Positions 52,791 through 64,000 of a stretch of 64,000 bases of DNA are shown here, piece by piece. This DNA comes from Epiperipatus broadwayi (lineage: Eukaryota; Animalia; Onychophora). Made by a program: the position numbers and the translations under genes. The stretch is from NCBI GenBank assembly GCA_028023455.1, contig JAQFVV010000009.1, positions 8,494,001 through 8,558,000 of the forward strand, read 5' to 3'. The notes below the pieces were generated by a model. That model was not told the DNA's origin. It made no database searches and saw nothing but the letters and a program-made list of their open reading frames with translations. The number at the start of each line of letters is the position of its first letter. The stretch's first letter is position 1.

Positions 52791-55633
52791 TGGAAATAAC
52801 ATAGAAAAGCTATCACTTAGACATACTGAAACAAATTCTGATAGACATACTTAGTGATATCATGTTTGACAAAAATAATGATACTGCACGAGCATATGAA
52901 TGTCACTATTGATATCATTATTGACAACATTGAAATTAGTAATTTAAATATATATATAGGTAGGGACTTCATTTGAAATTTAATTTTATATTTATGTATA
53001 ATTATAATCCAAAGTTTAATCTATGGAATCCCCAGATTAGTTCAAAAGTTTTTGCAAACTATTTATGAATGCATCATAGCTAGAATTTGATATGACTCAT
53101 CAGAATTGAGATTTAATAATGTTTTATCAAAATATTTATAGATATGAGTTTTTTTCTAAATAAAACTGAACCAATATTATTAAGTATTTTTTGATATAGT
53201 CTATTAAAATACATACTTTTCGACATTTAAAAAAACAAAATTTTTGGCACTAAATGTTTTTAATATTTTGATTGCACATAAATAAGTTCTAAATAAAAAA
53301 ATAGTTATCATTTTCCACAACCTAACCATAAATAAGAAATTTATTAATTAAATTACTGCATTCTCAATTTTGTAAAATATTTAAACCTTCATGCAAATTC
53401 ATCATATAAGTTTGTTATTGTTGTAATACATTTAGTGTTTTAATTATTCTTTACATTTCTGCAATGAACAAAATAATTTCATAAGTATTAAAAATTATAA
53501 TTTTACTCTGACTATGTAACTACGCAAATAAATTTTGTTAAATATTTAGATTTGATTAGCAATTATTTAATAAATGTTTATATTCTTTTCTTAATACATA
53601 TTAACTAAGTAATAATATCTGCATAAATTGTTTGGCTACTTAACTTATTGAACAAATTACTCATTAAGATACTTTTTTTTTTATTTCTAATAAAAACTTT
53701 TCATTTTTAGATGAATGCTTTATTTTATAAATAAACAAGTTACTACAAATTTTTAATATTTGATCATCATTCTCCACTGACTTATTCATTTTAATGAGAA
53801 CTTCAAAAAAAATTTTAATTTAAAATATTTAAAGATTTAAATTTTGCAAGAACTATAATTATAAACAGAGATAGAGCATAAATTATTTTGCATACTAATC
53901 AGAATTCAAAACTAAAAAGACATGTTATCTAATGTAGCACTGGAATTTTAATTGCACTACAATGGCAACAGATTTATAATCAGCTAGCATTGGAAAAAAT
54001 ACCCAGTTTCATCAAATATCAAGAAAGCTATCAAAAACAACTAATTGTATAAGTCTATGTGGATTCTATATTTTGCCTTTCAGTCATAAGCATCATTTTT
54101 AAAAATTTAATTAAGTTATAAAAATAAGTGAAGTAAAATACTGAGAAATCAAACAAAAAAAGAAAAACTGGCATTTGAATATTAATCTATTTTCTCTTAT
54201 AACTAATCTATTTTTACTTACAGAAATTCTATTATGACACAAATATACATTAAATAAGTTTTTAAAGAACATAAACCTTTACAATGTCAATATTAATTAT
54301 CAAATATAAACTAATTTGCAAATGTACATAATATGCAAAAAAAAAAAAAAAAAGAATTCAGCATTAATTCTACTACATATATCTTCTGTTGTTTTTTTTT
54401 TACAAATATTATATAAATAATATAAATTACAAAGCACAGAACAAACAATTTTATCTTTAATGTAAACACTTCAATGTTTTAATACTCATATTTATTAGTA
54501 GCTTTATTCTTCATAATACTGTTAATTTAAATGACTCATTCATAAAAATTCATGATAGTTTTCACTTGCTTTCTCCATAGAAAGAGAATGACAATTATAG
54601 ATATTCTCTCCATGAGCATTCAATGTCATTTATTCTAAACCTCAATTCATTAATAGTATCGATTTTTTTTTTTAATTCCTTTTTTTTAAATCCTTCCTTG
54701 AATGGCAAATTAATTTCAAAAGTCAAGGGTAGGGATAAAAATTGAACAGTGTCCATTAGATTTGTTATACCATTCATATTAATTATGAATTTCTAAAACT
54801 ATTCAAAAAGATATATATAAAAAGTTATATCAAAGAAGGCATTATTCTTTTTAGCTTACAGAGAATAAGCAACAGTTTGGCAATTGCAATTCAAATTATG
54901 CTATACATCAACAAACAAGCTGCTGGTATTAATCTTTCTCAGTAGAGAATTTTGACTTAAAAATTTCAAACCATGCACATCTACTATAGCCTTTTATACT
55001 ATTAGAAAAAAAGTGCCTACAGGATAGCTATATGCAAAACAGCACTCCAGAGTAAGCCAATGGTCAGAAATAAATTTAAATATCCATTTAACATTACAAT
55101 ATAGTTTTCATTATTTAATTAATCATATAAGTGATTCTAGAATAATGCTGCTGTCAAATGAGGCCTAATTGTGATTCATCTGCTAATTTATTATATACTA
55201 TTCTATTTGTTCTTTATATATATTGAATTCAAAAAACTCTTTACTATATTATAACTGACATCATTAAAATATAATTATAGATTTACTATAAAGCTTATAT
55301 AATTATAAAGATAGATGGTAATTAAGATAATTTAGATAATTATGTGCAAACCAATGCTCCCCTGGGGAAGCTAAAAAATACTATGGAAATATATTTGGTG
55401 CTATTATTAGGCATCCATTTATTACTCATATTTTCATAAAAATGTTAAATTGAATTGTTATTTATCAGATAAAGTTTTTAAACTACTGTTTCCCCTGAAA
55501 ATAAGACCTAACCAAAAAATAAGCCCTAGCATAATTTTTTAGGATGTTTGTAATATAAACCCTACCCAGAAATTAAGTCCCACTTAAAAAAAAAAAAAAG
55601 AAGATAGGTCTGTTTTCTTTCTTTATCTCGCAG

Positions 55634-55760
55634 ACGTGTTAGAAGAAAAATCGCAGTGGTGCTGTTTCGCCAATTTAAAGAAACTCTAAGATCATTCAGC
55701 CATACTTCAATCGAAGTGGAGACACAACCCATGTGTGAATTTCTGGCAATGGCAAAATAA
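55634..55760. other. Orphan exon-like, CpG-retaining island
   Basis: Plus strand: acceptor TTTTCTTTCTTTATCTCGCAG then an open frame RVRRKIAVVLFRQFKETLRSFSHTSIEVETQPMCEFLAMAK*. Minus strand: ATG at 55732 giving MGCVSTSIE|gtatgg. Confidence 0.35.
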
Positions 55761-57458
55761 TACCTATTGTCAAATAAATTAGATATCTTTTTAAAACAGA
55801 AGTGTTCAAGTTTTTTGAAGTTACTAATACTTATCATAATACACTCATGTAAAAGAAATGATTTCAGAATTTTGGTTCCTGCAATTTTTCGTCTTTTTTG
55901 TGTGGTCTATCATTCTTATGTAACAATTTTATAGATCCAGAGACAGGTGCAAAAAAAAAAAAAAAATGTAGATTGTTGTGTATGAAAAAATAATATCTCC
56001 TAAAAATAAACTCTAATGTGTCTTTTGGAGCAAAAATTAATATAAGATCCAGTCTTATTTTGGGAGGAACACTGTATGATAAATCTTTACAGGTGGGTTT
56101 TCATTATACCCTCCCTCTCCCTAACTTCTTTAAAAATAGCATGAAATTTTATTTAGTTATACGTTATTATGGACATTGTACACATGGAGGATAGTAGCTC
56201 AATTTATTCATAAAAATATTTAGTAATTATTGTAATAAAAATGAAATCATTAACTATGCAAATTTCAAATTTATAAGTTTGGAAATTATTCACTAAAATA
56301 GTTTATGATAAACAAAAAAGTTAATATTAAATGTACGCATTACTGAAAATAAATCCACTATATACTATATCATTAGCAGTGAGATCAGATAAACTGATAA
56401 TCAATATAGTTTGTGATGATGCTTGATATATTACATACGGTTTGGAATGCTTATAGAAATAGTAAACCGTTTATTGTACAATTTAAAAATTAATTTATCA
56501 CTGTTTCAATATATTTTGAAAAAATGCATTAACTAAAGATTTAAATTGCAATGTGGAACTATATTGGACTAAATGAATTTTTAAATTAAAATGATTTGTC
56601 ATGGGAAATTATCATTTGAAAAAAAGTGAAAATATGACAGGGAAAAAAAATTGCATCAAGATATTGTATTTAGTATTAGATTTACAGCATTCTTTAAGAT
56701 CATATTGGCTTATCATCTATGACTTTAAAGTTATGTACTTAAGTGTTTTCTTATCTCTTATGCAGATTCAAGTAAGATGCTGAAATGATAGATATGTTAG
56801 AAGAAAAATTAAGGCAACAGAATGATTTTCTTTGTATAAATTACTCATTTCTTTGAAAATTATTTTACCATCAGTAACCAGTTTGTATACAAATATTTAC
56901 AAATCAAAAAACAATATATTCTAACTACTACTTATCACTCTTTGTGCTTTTAAAAATAAAAATGTTCATTTATAAAATAATTATTTATTTCCGTCTTTTT
57001 TAAAGTAAAAATTGCAAAACTAGAAGCTATTACACTGAAACGAAAATAGTACGTGATTAAAGTTTTAAATGTTCATAAAAATAGTCATCAAGAAAGTGTA
57101 TTGACCGCTTTAAATACAATATTAACATTATTAAATATATTTTTTAATTAAAATATTTTACTGCATATGCAAAATTCATAATTTTATTTTAAAAAATGTC
57201 TGACAATGATTTGTATCACATAGACAATAACGAAAGATTTGAATCGCACAACTTGAGACAAGAAAACAATTTAAAAAATAAATAGAAGAAACTTCAGGAT
57301 TTTAAACATGCGCGCGTACACACATGTACACAAAGTCAATGGTACAAATTTCATTTTGTAAAATATGTATTTATTTTACAAATTATTTTTTCAATATTTT
57401 AAGAATCCGGACAACGGACTAATTCAAAATTCAAATCTAGATAATTTTTTAATTTTTA

Positions 57459-57736
<278 letters not shown>

Positions 57737-57802
57737 CTTTAAAGAATTTAAATCTATATCATCAAGGCTGCAGTTGACGCTCGGAGTAGTACTGATCGCC
57801 AT
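57737..57802 (-). CDS. msn: Misshapen/MAP4K4-TNIK-MINK1 kinase, first coding exon (MAISTTPSVNCSLDDIDLNSLK)
   Basis: Minus strand reads ATG GCG ATC AGT ACT ACT CCG AGC GTC AAC TGC AGC CTT GAT GAT ATA GAT TTA AAT TCT TTA AAG|gtattt. PSVNCSLDDIDL..LK matches the N-terminus of Drosophila Misshapen as I recall it. Phase-0 donor, in frame with the next exon. Confidence 0.93.
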
Positions 57803-58460
57803 GTTGGTGAGTGAGTATTCCAGTAAATTTCTTCAGGCTTTCCAACAAATACTTCAATTCAAACAAAAAATAATTAAACTAATTTACTATATCAACTAAA
57901 AAGACACATATATTTGTTCTTTATGTTAATGTTCTTTCATTTTCCAAAAATAAAGTTAGGAAAGGAGACGCCTTTAGTAGTACTTAATACTTCCTCCCAG
58001 CATTGCTCCCCCATCTGTATTTACTCGAAGTGCATCATGGATTTCTAATAAGATTGCACTGCCATCTATTCCAACATTTTTTTATTATAAAAATGTATAT
58101 TTGTCCAATCTCTATCTTTTAAAGTGTAACAAACTTCTTAATTAACTTACTAAATCTTCTAGAGTAAATTACTTTAATTTGTATACATAGCAGTATGTAT
58201 GTGCGTATGTATATGAAATATATAAAATAGAGGAGAGTCAATAGTATCCGGGATGTTTGTATTCCTATACATACAATTATGTAAATATATTACTGTACTA
58301 ATGTATTTATTTTTCTAAAATGTTCTTCATTTTTCAATCTATTTATTTATACGTGAAACCGAGAAAGTTTAAATTTCAATCAATTTTACTTCGTCATGTT
58401 TATTAATTAAACTGATGAACACTCAGAGAAAGCAGCACACCAAAAAGGACGTAATCTCAT
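57803..58460 (-). promoter_or_regulatory. Putative msn 5'UTR / promoter-proximal region
   Basis: Immediately upstream of the ATG. CpGs are visibly more frequent around 56950-58460 than in most flanking DNA. The TSS cannot be placed. Confidence 0.4.
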
Positions 58461-58989
58461 TCTGTAAATCCAATCCATAAGAGGACAATTCCAAGGAGAT
58501 TAATTACATATGCTGAACAATTTATATCATTAACATCATACAGACTGATAATATGTGTACATCATTTTCTTTAGTTATATTTTTCTTAGTGGGTAGGGTA
58601 GTAATCTTATTGATTCAGACTACCTCCAAATCTTTTGATTTATACACTAAATAAAATCCCTATTGCTACTGACTTATGCCTGTTTCTTTACTACTACTGC
58701 TATTTTTAAGTATGTACAGCATATTAGGCTAAAAGGGCAAATTAAATATATAAGTTGTAACACTCTACATCTTTCCAACTTTGCCATACACATTGTAGAT
58801 TAGATAATTATATTCTATAATTGACCTAAAGACTTGCAAGGTATTGTAATGGATAGTAGACATACTAATATTGAATATTAGAGGATGTTGAATATGAGAG
58901 TTTATGGTGAGGATACCAAATATAAATGCTTACACAGCTGTACAATCACTTATAGATATTTAAAATTGCCTACAGATTGTGGAGAGCAG

Positions 58990-59750
58990 ACATTCTTCTG
59001 GAATTATCATTTGGCAAAGCAGTCAACAGTACACAAGTGCAAAACATCTAACAATAAACAAAACAAAGATTATTAGTAGTTCAAATACAAACATATTTCC
59101 ATTATAATTGCCCGATTTTATGTTAGTGTAAAGTGTCTGATATCTGGCAGCCTTGAATATTACTATTCACAAACCTTTCCATTATAGTACTGCACCATCT
59201 CTGAAGATTACTGAGTACTCTATTATTTATATGATTATATTAGATGTGTTCAAAGCTAAGATGCATATATTTATACATATTTCATTTTTGCATTAAAAAA
59301 AGGCAATAACAGAGCAGTTCAAGCCATTACAAAATTTAATCTGTACATTGTTCATCTAATTCCACACCACTTTAAAAGCAAAACAGCAACTCACCAAGTA
59401 TTAAAAGTAAAAATCTGAACCCAAATCAAAATCAAATGCAAGTACCTCAAACAAAAATAATATATAATATGGTGAGGCAAGTAAACATACAAAATCCAAA
59501 TGTAGGTGATAAAATATCTAAAGATCACTATATGAAAATGCACACATCTACATATCAATCTTTAATTTCAGATGTGTGTATGAAGCAAACAAAGTAAATA
59601 GAGCAAACTGCCTACAGATTTAAACACAATGAAATCAGCTTACTAAACTATTTATATAGCTATGCATACATTGCATTAGACAGACATATATTGACATATA
59701 TTAAAGATTTTTTAAAATATCTTCAGAGACACTCGCATTTTAATTATAAA
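58990..59750 (+). mobile_element. Old repeat, possibly a PLE RT-end/GIY-YIG relic
   Basis: 58990-59325 is similar to 63680-64000. 59470-59640 has weak GIY-YIG-like remnants (YKIQ, KQTK, RFKHNE). Confidence 0.35.
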
Positions 59751-60403
59751 TTTAAACTATTGAAAAATTAACCAAGAATTATATTTTTTTGCTAAAACTT
59801 TTCTGTATGAGAAAGATTGATCTAAAACTAATTGTCAATTATTAACAATCACAGAAAAGAAAACAAAAAAATTAAAAAACAAAATTGATTTTTTTATCTT
59901 TTGAATATTTAGAAATATAAACCATTTTTACTCAACTAAATTTTAAAGAAAATGTCATTTGTTTTTTTTAAATGCTATGATTATAATATGTTATATATTG
60001 AAGGTATGCTAAGCATGAATAAAAGATAAATTAAAATATATAGTCTACCTTTTCTGTATAAATGTCCAGAACATTTATATGAATATTACAATTACCCAGA
60101 ACAGAGAAAAAAAAAAATGGTATTGAGTTACCTTTAAAGTAGAAAATATTTAAAATGTATTCAAAGCATACCACACCCTCAAATACCCTGAAAAAATCAA
60201 GTTAATATTGTCTAAGTACTAAAATATGTTAATATAAAAGATAAATATATAAAGTCATCTAAATTAAATTGTAGATATAACTGGCTTGTTGAAAACCAAC
60301 ATTTACAATTTTATTGAATAATTCAATAAATCATCTTTAAGTCCAAAAATATGTCTGACTGAAAATTATTTTTTTTTATAAAAATGGAATTATATATCTA
60401 TAT

Positions 60404-60950
60404 GTCAGATTATTAATACAGATGGAAACATAATGGATGAAATTAATCATAGAATTAAACTTAGTTGGGGTGATTTTAGTAAAAATAACTTGATACTAAA
60501 AAGAAATATGCCTATGTGTTTTAAATGGAAGATTTTTAATAAATGTGTTTTACCAGTTCTTACTTATGGATCTGAGACTTGGACACTTAATAGAAGAGCA
60601 ATACAGAGACTTCAGACCACTCAAAGAAGTATGGAGAGATGCATGTTGGGAGTAACAAGAAGAAATTGAAAATGCAATATATGGTTAAGAGAACAACAGG
60701 TGTTACTGACCTCATTGAAAAAATTAAAAGATTGAAGTGGAGTTGGGCTAGACATATTTCTAGAAGGGATGATAATAGATAGACAATTGAAATCTTAAAC
60801 TGGATTCCAAGAAATTGTAAAAGACCCAAAGACCACATGTGAAATGGATGAAATAAGAAAGCGTGCAAGGGTGATGTGGAGAAGCTAAAGATTGGAGATG
60901 GATTGAACTTGGAGAGACCTTCATCCTGCAGTGGATTGATAATGATGATG
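60404..60950 (+). mobile_element. 5'-truncated RTE LINE 3' end (same family as 14975-18187)
   Basis: MDEINHRIKL..VLPVLTYGSETW..; terminus GAGACCTTCATCCTGCAGTGGATTGATAATGATGATG. Confidence 0.92.
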
Positions 60951-62099
60951 TATATTATCAAAAATAGATCTCTTTAGTTATTTACTACTAAGGTTTTTCC
61001 ATTCACAAGTTTCAAATCTTAATCACAATCAGATTATGTTTTCAAGTAGAGTTGCCATGATTTTTTCCCTTTACTGTTGAGGAGCATATCTGTTTAACTG
61101 CATATGTGAAGATAGTTGGCACAGTGTTGGATCAAATTCAGCAAGCAGAGTTCAACATTCTAATGGTTATTGCATTCAGGCTGGAGTGAAGTTTGTGGAA
61201 GTTAGCAATACATATTCTTTCAGCTGCTGGGTTAGAGGTTCAGTATTCTTCATGTTAAACTGGCAAAAATCAAAAGGACAAAATTAGTGTCAATGTTAGC
61301 CTTTTTATATAATTACTAGCTTTGCAAAACATTTTTTTGATTGATAAGCCAGCATGTTAATAAAATTATTTAATTAAACAAGCCAGTAATTACTTTAATT
61401 ATTCCTGTCTAAAAAATTCTTTAATTAAACAATATTTTAATTCTTCATGTTTACCAAAAAATTAATTAAACCAGCCCATCTTAATCCCCAAAAACATTTA
61501 ATTGAAATTTAAAACACCTGAAAGAAAGCTTAAAAGATTATTTTTCCAAAAATTTTAATTAACAATAATAATACAAACCAACTGAAGAAAAAGTGAATTA
61601 TTTAATGAAGCTTTGATCCTATAACATAAATTTGTAAACAGATTTTTGAAATACATTTAGTGAAAATAAATCAGTTTCTTCTTAAAACCAAAATAATTCT
61701 TAATTTAATTTTAAATAGTTCTTTATTGATGTATGAACTTATATAATACAAACTTATATTTAAAAAACCTTAATCCAATTTGTGAAACTTAAATTTGATT
61801 TACACTTGCCAACTACTATTTTTAAAATAAATTATAGATTGAAATGGATCACTATCTAACTCAGCACTTTTTTCTTTAGGTAAAAAATAAATAAAATTTA
61901 CTATTAGTTGTAACTTGTTGCATTAAGCAAATTTAATTTTTTAAAAAATTAATATTATTTAATGTTTACTACAGTCTGCCATCTAGATGCACTATCAAAT
62001 ATTTTTATTAGACATTGTTTCTCTGGTTTGGGTCATATATCAGTTTCCTCAGCATGTTTAAATCTTTTTAGTGGTTCTTTCTTTCATTTGACATCTTCA

Positions 62100-62680
62100 A
62101 CATCATTGCCTAGTATTGTTTCTAAGCAATATGAATTCAACTGATTCATCTTCATTGCAGAAGTTTCATACTCCATTATCACATCTTTTTTTTTTAGAAT
62201 AGCCTAATTAGCCTCAGATTAAAATATATTCTTTAATTGGCTGTGAAAAACCAGTTTTATAAGACAATGTCACTTTTTGTTGTAATATGGCACATTTGTC
62301 TATTGCCATTGTTTTGGATAAAAATTCTGCAAAAAATTTTGTTTCTGAGCTCAAATTTAAAGTAAATATAAAAAGATATTATGAAAAATAGCTTTGTTGT
62401 CCATCATGTAATCTTTGAGCTATCCATTCAATGTTGCCTAAATTTTCCTCTAAAACATAAATATAATTATTCATCTCATTATATTCAGTATTTTTTAATT
62501 GTACATCTGTTATGTAAAGAGTAATGAAGTGGTTGATAAAACCACAACTCTGCTCTTTACAGGAAGCAAATTTCTTTTGTAAACACAAAAGTTCTCCATT
62601 AGCTAAGTCTCTAAATAATGTGTTAATACTTTGGTTTTTGTTTATGCTACTACATATCATCTGATAAATCATCACGTGTG
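62100..62680 (-). pseudogene. Very old RTE-like APE relic (tentative)
   Basis: LEENLGNIEW, SCGFIN and TSA..DESVEF remnants resemble RTE APE motifs, but their order is not fully collinear. Confidence 0.25.
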
Positions 62681-63679
62681 ATCATGACTCACTTCCACAT
62701 GTTTTAGAAGATTTAAGTATGTTTTTCCTCATTTAGCTTCTCAATTTCTATCATTTGATCTGAGTGTTCAAACACAGTTCAGTAGGACCAGTGTTAACTT
62801 CATCTATGTCTCTCTTTATATCAACAATCTCTTGAATATTATTTGAAACTTTGCTCCATCCTCCATTGTGTTGGTGTTGTCTTACTCTAATTATTTTGGT
62901 GGAGCAACATTAATTTATTCACTAATATAATCATCTTCTTGATATTAAGTACTATACTTTTTTTCTCTATTTTCTTCATCCACCTAACATCATTATTTTT
63001 TATTCTCTGGATACTTGTCTATTATTTGTTGTATTGAGTGTAGATCATGTTCAACTTTTGTTTACTTGTTGGCTTTGTTTTAATGCTTCTACTGAACATT
63101 GGTTTTGATCAATCTTCTGCTACATGGTCTTTATTGAGTGCTGAATTTGATCTAACTCTTGCTTAATAACCTGATCATGTCTCTTAAGTGATTGATATTC
63201 TTTGATTCTGTATTGTTTAGAGAAAATAAAAATGTTGATATTCCAATATAAAAATTTTAACTATGCTATACCATTTTTCTTATACTTTATTTTTTAGATA
63301 TGCATATGTTGAACTTTACTTTTAATGTATTAAACCTTTTATATCTTATGTCAAACTTTACTTCATAGCATCATACCCACTCCCATGAATGCCATTTCAC
63401 TTGCACTATTCAACTACTTTTAAGTTATTTGTGGTTATCATATGCAACCATCATCAAATTAATAAATCCACCAACTGTTTTTCAATAACTCATGTTATTT
63501 ATATTTGAGCTTCAAGTTATGTAACCTTTATGTATACAAATCACTAAACCAAATCTCAATCATTTCATAGTTGGTTGTGCGAAAAGAAATATCATACCAC
63601 TGCAGGATTTGAATAATTATATCTCATGTTGAAAGACCAAAAAGAATAAAATATACTACTGGAAAAAGCCTATGTCACT

Positions 63680-64000
63680 GAGATTTTTAGAATCTAAGAT
63701 TGGCAAAAGGCAAACTAGTAGCATGTCTAATATTAAATAAAACCAAATTTATTAACAGTTCAAATACAATTGTAATTTAATTGTAATTATCTTTTTGAAT
63801 GTTAGCACATAGTATGTTTGATATCTGGAAGTTTTGAATATTACTACTCACAAAACTTTCCCTTATAATGCTATATTATTTCTGAAGACTACTAAATACT
63901 CTATTATTTATATGATTCAATTAGATATGTGTTCTAAATTAAGATGTGCACATGTATATTTTTCACTTTTGCATTAAAAAAATAAGCAATAATAGTGGTT
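63680..64000 (+). repeat. Second copy of the 58990-59325 repeat (runs off the window)
   Basis: Shared blocks GATATCTGG..GAATATTACTA.TCACAAA, TACTCTATTATTTATATGATT and TTTTGCATTAAAAAAA. Confidence 0.75.

Noticed and set aside
54857-54920. Possible plus-strand exon upstream of the 55634 acceptor
   Set aside because: Splicing it in the required phase creates a TGA stop.
57797-57818. Plus-strand GCCATGTTG|GTGAGT resembling a start codon plus donor
   Set aside because: It is the reverse complement of the msn start and 5'UTR; the minus-strand reading has strong protein-level support.

Overview
AT-rich, CpG-poor animal (most likely arthropod) genomic DNA. The only host gene I can identify is a misshapen / MAP4K4-TNIK-MINK1 orthologue on the minus strand. 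Coding exon 1 (57802-57737, MAISTTPSVNCSLDDIDLNSLK) and exon 2 (57530-57465, [22 protein letters not shown]) are present. I found no exon 3, so positions 1-57464 are probably one very large intron. That intron holds decayed mobile DNA: RTE LINEs, a near-full-length L1/Tx1-like LINE with a target-site duplication (TSD), Penelope-like (PLE) RT/GIY-YIG relics, hAT transposase relics and local tandem duplications. The main points of interest are: (i) a four-copy short repeat with a minimal type I hammerhead ribozyme (intact at 13039-13080), two copies of which folded back at the same internal site; (ii) a ~10 kb foldback-like unit (22272-32236) with ~1.75 kb inverted arms, an 8-bp TSD and CTCF-like motif clusters, splitting a hAT relic; (iii) two diverged ~3.2 kb non-coding units (~2800-5982 and 6509-9687) that keep long-range stems with compensatory changes; (iv) an exon-like island at ~55610-55760. 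All alignments, identities and folds were done by eye; no searches were run.
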